From the NCBI GenBank assembly GCA_965203315.1, contig OZ241857.1, forward strand, positions 1,728,001 through 1,792,000: a stretch of 64,000 bases of DNA, in the 5' to 3' direction. The notes beneath the pieces were generated by a model that saw only the letters and a list, made by a program, of their open reading frames with translations, did no database searches and was not told where the DNA came from. Position numbers and translations under genes: made by a program. This document shows positions 61,037-64,000 of this stretch, one piece after another; position 1 is the stretch's first letter; each line of letters begins with the position of its first letter. This DNA is from Nitrosopumilus sp. (GTDB lineage: Archaea; Thermoproteota; Nitrososphaeria; Nitrososphaerales; Nitrosopumilaceae).

Positions 61037-61894
61037 ATGAGACTAGGAATTCAAACCCAAGATGAGTTTATCGAACTGTTGAACCGACGTTATCTAGAGA
61101 TCCAAAACGAGTTTCTAGTAAAGGTACAGCATCTGTCTAGTACAGTAACGATCAAGGCTATGATGGGCGACTCGACCGTAACAGAACCCCTTACTTTTGA
61201 TCCCAAAAGAATTGCCGACTTTATTCAACATGTAATCAGGAGCCTAGGTGACTGGTCTGTGCAAGGCGTGACGACATCTAGCGTCGGTGATATTAGACGA
61301 ATATTTGCAAAGTTTGAGATCACGCACGACAACTATATGATATCAGGTCATATGTCTATACAATTTCATGTATTGTTGTACTATAAACCAACTCAACGTG
61401 TACTCGATTGCCAAAAAGAGATTGCAGAGATCATCGATCAAACAAAGGGTAAGGAAGAACGGTTAGCTGATGACAGTGACGATCTTGTTCTAGACAGACT
61501 AAAGGCGCGAGGATACAAAAACCTTGATCACCAAAATCTCTTTGAGATATTATACAAAGATGATAAACTATGTTCATCTATATATGCAGAGATCGAAGAG
61601 TCTCAAGACGTTGACTTTAAACAGCTAGAAGAAAAGAAATCCAAACTCTTTGCAGAATTAGATTCATTATTGATCGAAGCATATCAGATGGAACCTGTTC
61701 TTATAGATGATAATAGATTGATCACTGGCGAAGAGGGATGTCTATGTACAGTCGATCTAGAGTTTGTAAAAGACAACACAAGAGAGGGGCTGTTTGATAC
61801 TGTGTCTATCCCTGCAACCACAAAGGACGCTATTCTCAAGCGTTTGGAAGAGCTGTACAATACTGTAAAATCTTACAACCTACAACATGGTTAA
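61037..61894 (+). CDS. Hypothetical protein
   Basis: 285-aa ORF upstream of sucC. Confidence 0.75.
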   Translation: MRLGIQTQDEFIELLNRRYLEIQNEFLVKVQHLSSTVTIKAMMGDSTVTEPLTFDPKRIADFIQHVIRSLGDWSVQGVTTSSVGDIRRIFAKFEITHDNYMISGHMSIQFHVLLYYKPTQRVLDCQKEIAEIIDQTKGKEERLADDSDDLVLDRLKARGYKNLDHQNLFEILYKDDKLCSSIYAEIEESQDVDFKQLEEKKSKLFAELDSLLIEAYQMEPVLIDDNRLITGEEGCLCTVDLEFVKDNTREGLFDTVSIPATTKDAILKRLEELYNTVKSYNLQHG

Positions 61895-61922
61895 TAAATA
61901 CCGTAGAATGCATACAACTAGA

Positions 61923-63026
61923 TTGCGTTTATTAGAGTTTCAAGCTAAAGAATTGTTTCGAGAGTATGGCATAAATCTTCTTGACGGCAGATCATCTACT
62001 AGTATAGAAACAGCAAGGATGCATGCCAAAGAACTCGGCTATCCCTTTGTCATCAAGATTCAAGTTCCAGTTGGTGGACGTGGTAAGGCTGGCGGGATCA
62101 AGATATGTCACAACGAAGACGAATTTGAACTATGGTACCCTCAAGTGATGGATCTTGTCATAAAGGGAGAACGAGCAAGAGCAATCTTGCTAGAAAAGAT
62201 GGCAGATATCAAAAAAGAACTTTATGTATCTCTGTTCTTGAATCGCTCCAAACGTTGCTATACAGTGATCGCTTCATCCGAAGGTGGTGTTGAGATCGAG
62301 TCGGTTAAAGATCAGATAATAGTTGAAGTTGGCTTGGGCGATGTACCGATCGAGACTGCTTGTGAGATTGCAACCAAGATGGGTCTAGAGGGCAAGATAG
62401 CTGATGGTTTTGTGGATACATTGTCGAAACTATCTAAACTTACAGTAGAACGAGAGGCAGAACTTGCTGAGATAAACCCACTTGCAATAACTACACATGA
62501 TGAGATAATAGCACTAGATGGCAAGTTTGTAACTGATGACAACAGTAACTTTCGACATGCCGAACTACAAAAGTATCAAGAAAAGTCGGCTATTGAAGAA
62601 CGTGCAGAGAAGAGTGGGTTTTCATTGGTTGAGCTAGATGGAGATATTGCTGTAGTGGGAAACGGCGCTGGTCTAGTAATGTCTACCCTAGACATGTTGT
62701 CTGATAATGGTGGCAAACCTGCATGTTTTCTAGATGTTGGCGGTGGCGCAACTATCGAGTCTGTATATGAAGCTCTAGATCTATTGAGCAAGATAGATGG
62801 TGTAAGGGGAATCTTGGTAAACCTCTACGGCGGAATAGTAAAGACAACTGTGGTTGCGCAAGCGTTTCTAAAGGCATATGAGGATAATCTGATAGACCTG
62901 CCAGTCTTTGCACGACTCAAGGGTACCGAGTCTGAGAAGGCACGAGATATGTTACAAGACTCTAGAACAAAGATATTTGGAACTGTTGAAGATGCGATAA
63001 ACGCAGCTGTAATGGAGACGAAATGA
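61923..63026 (+). CDS. sucC: Succinyl-CoA synthetase beta subunit
   Basis: LLEFQAKELF, GGRGKAGG, EINPL, NGAGL, FLDVGGG. Confidence 0.95.
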   Translation: MRLLEFQAKELFREYGINLLDGRSSTSIETARMHAKELGYPFVIKIQVPVGGRGKAGGIKICHNEDEFELWYPQVMDLVIKGERARAILLEKMADIKKELYVSLFLNRSKRCYTVIASSEGGVEIESVKDQIIVEVGLGDVPIETACEIATKMGLEGKIADGFVDTLSKLSKLTVEREAELAEINPLAITTHDEIIALDGKFVTDDNSNFRHAELQKYQEKSAIEERAEKSGFSLVELDGDIAVVGNGAGLVMSTLDMLSDNGGKPACFLDVGGGATIESVYEALDLLSKIDGVRGILVNLYGGIVKTTVVAQAFLKAYEDNLIDLPVFARLKGTESEKARDMLQDSRTKIFGTVEDAINAAVMETK

Positions 63027-63934
63027 TCGATATATTTGAGACCTTGAGAGGTAATCCAGATCAGCCAGACTATAAACACAAGGGCGTTATCGTCCAAGGC
63101 ATTACCGGCGCATATGGTTCATTACACACACGAAATATGATCCAATATGGTACAAATATTGTGGCCGGTGTTACACCAGGCAAAGGTGGACAGAGCTTTG
63201 ATGGAATTCCTATATACGATGATGTCAAATCGGCAGTAGATGCGACCGGATCAAAGATATCGATAGTCTTTGTTCCCGCAAAGTTCTTTCTCTCAGCTGC
63301 TCGTGAAGCATTAGAATCAGGAATCAAACTCTTGATCGCGATTCCTGAACATGTTCCAGTACGCGATACAATGATAGCCCTACAGGTTGCCCAAAGACAC
63401 GGTGCTGTAATAATAGGTCCCAATACCCCAGGTATAATAATTCCAGAGATCATAAAATTAGGAATAATGCCTCCAACTCCATTCAAAGCAGGCAAGATAG
63501 CCGTTCTCTCAAAGAGTGGAACGCTTCTCTATGAGATATCAGACGCTTTGACTAGTGCAGGTTTTGGTCAATCTATCACCATCGGTATTGGAGGTGATCC
63601 GATAAACGGTACTAGACTAGTAGACGCGTTTGAGATGATAAAAGACACTCCAGACCTCGACGGACTTGTTGTTGTGGGTGAGATCGGTGGCGACTCTGAA
63701 GAGATACTTGCACAAAGAATAATCGACTCTGAATTTACTAAACCTACTGTGGCGTACATTGCTGGACGTGCAGCACCAAAAGAGAAGCGCATGGGACATG
63801 CAGGCGCAATTGTAATGGGAACATATGGATCAGCCGAGTCCAAGATATCCATGTTCAACAAGGCAAACATTCCAGTTGCCAAACGACCGTCTGAAGTACC
63901 TGTACTTCTTGCAGGCAAGATGCGATCCGATTAG
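63023..63934 (+). CDS. sucD: Succinyl-CoA synthetase alpha subunit
   Basis: VQGITG, GVTPGKGG, IGPNTPG, SKSGTL, MGHAGA. Confidence 0.96.
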   Translation: MIDIFETLRGNPDQPDYKHKGVIVQGITGAYGSLHTRNMIQYGTNIVAGVTPGKGGQSFDGIPIYDDVKSAVDATGSKISIVFVPAKFFLSAAREALESGIKLLIAIPEHVPVRDTMIALQVAQRHGAVIIGPNTPGIIIPEIIKLGIMPPTPFKAGKIAVLSKSGTLLYEISDALTSAGFGQSITIGIGGDPINGTRLVDAFEMIKDTPDLDGLVVVGEIGGDSEEILAQRIIDSEFTKPTVAYIAGRAAPKEKRMGHAGAIVMGTYGSAESKISMFNKANIPVAKRPSEVPVLLAGKMRSD

Positions 63935-64000
63935 AATAAAAGAGAGGCCAATTGAGATTCTGCAATGCCAATTACGGATCCAGAAAAGAAACGAATAGCT

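Overview
Archaeal chromosome segment from a Nitrosopumilaceae-type thaumarchaeote. The heavy MITE load, pseudogenes and a Cenarchaeum-like surface protein suggest a host-associated lineage (inference). Core content: meaB and methylmalonyl-CoA mutase small subunit, M1 aminopeptidase, ilvC, cobalamin genes (cbiA/C/X/G/D, a broken cobO/btuR, an intact pduO-type adenosyltransferase), the rpl18-rps5-rpl30-rpl15-secY-adk-DUF106-cmk-cbf5 operon, korAB, a DEAD-box helicase, a CdvB/ESCRT-III paralog, gatCAB, sucCD, tRNA-Ser(GGA, with intron) and tRNA-Phe. Accessory content: a complete IS66-family element, at least five MITE types, three decayed copies of a wHTH/UPF0175 + PIN toxin-antitoxin module (one antitoxin cleanly split by a MITE), a HicBA-like pair and an orphan BglII-like N4-C methyltransferase. 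Three tandem-repeat proteins are present (AT-hook, H1-like, coiled-coil). A 1051-aa secreted repeat protein has a G13 tract between its TATA box and start codon, a candidate phase-variation switch. Core genes are strongly enriched in GATC and the sampled accessory genes are not. Functional calls come from motif recognition by eye, not database searches.
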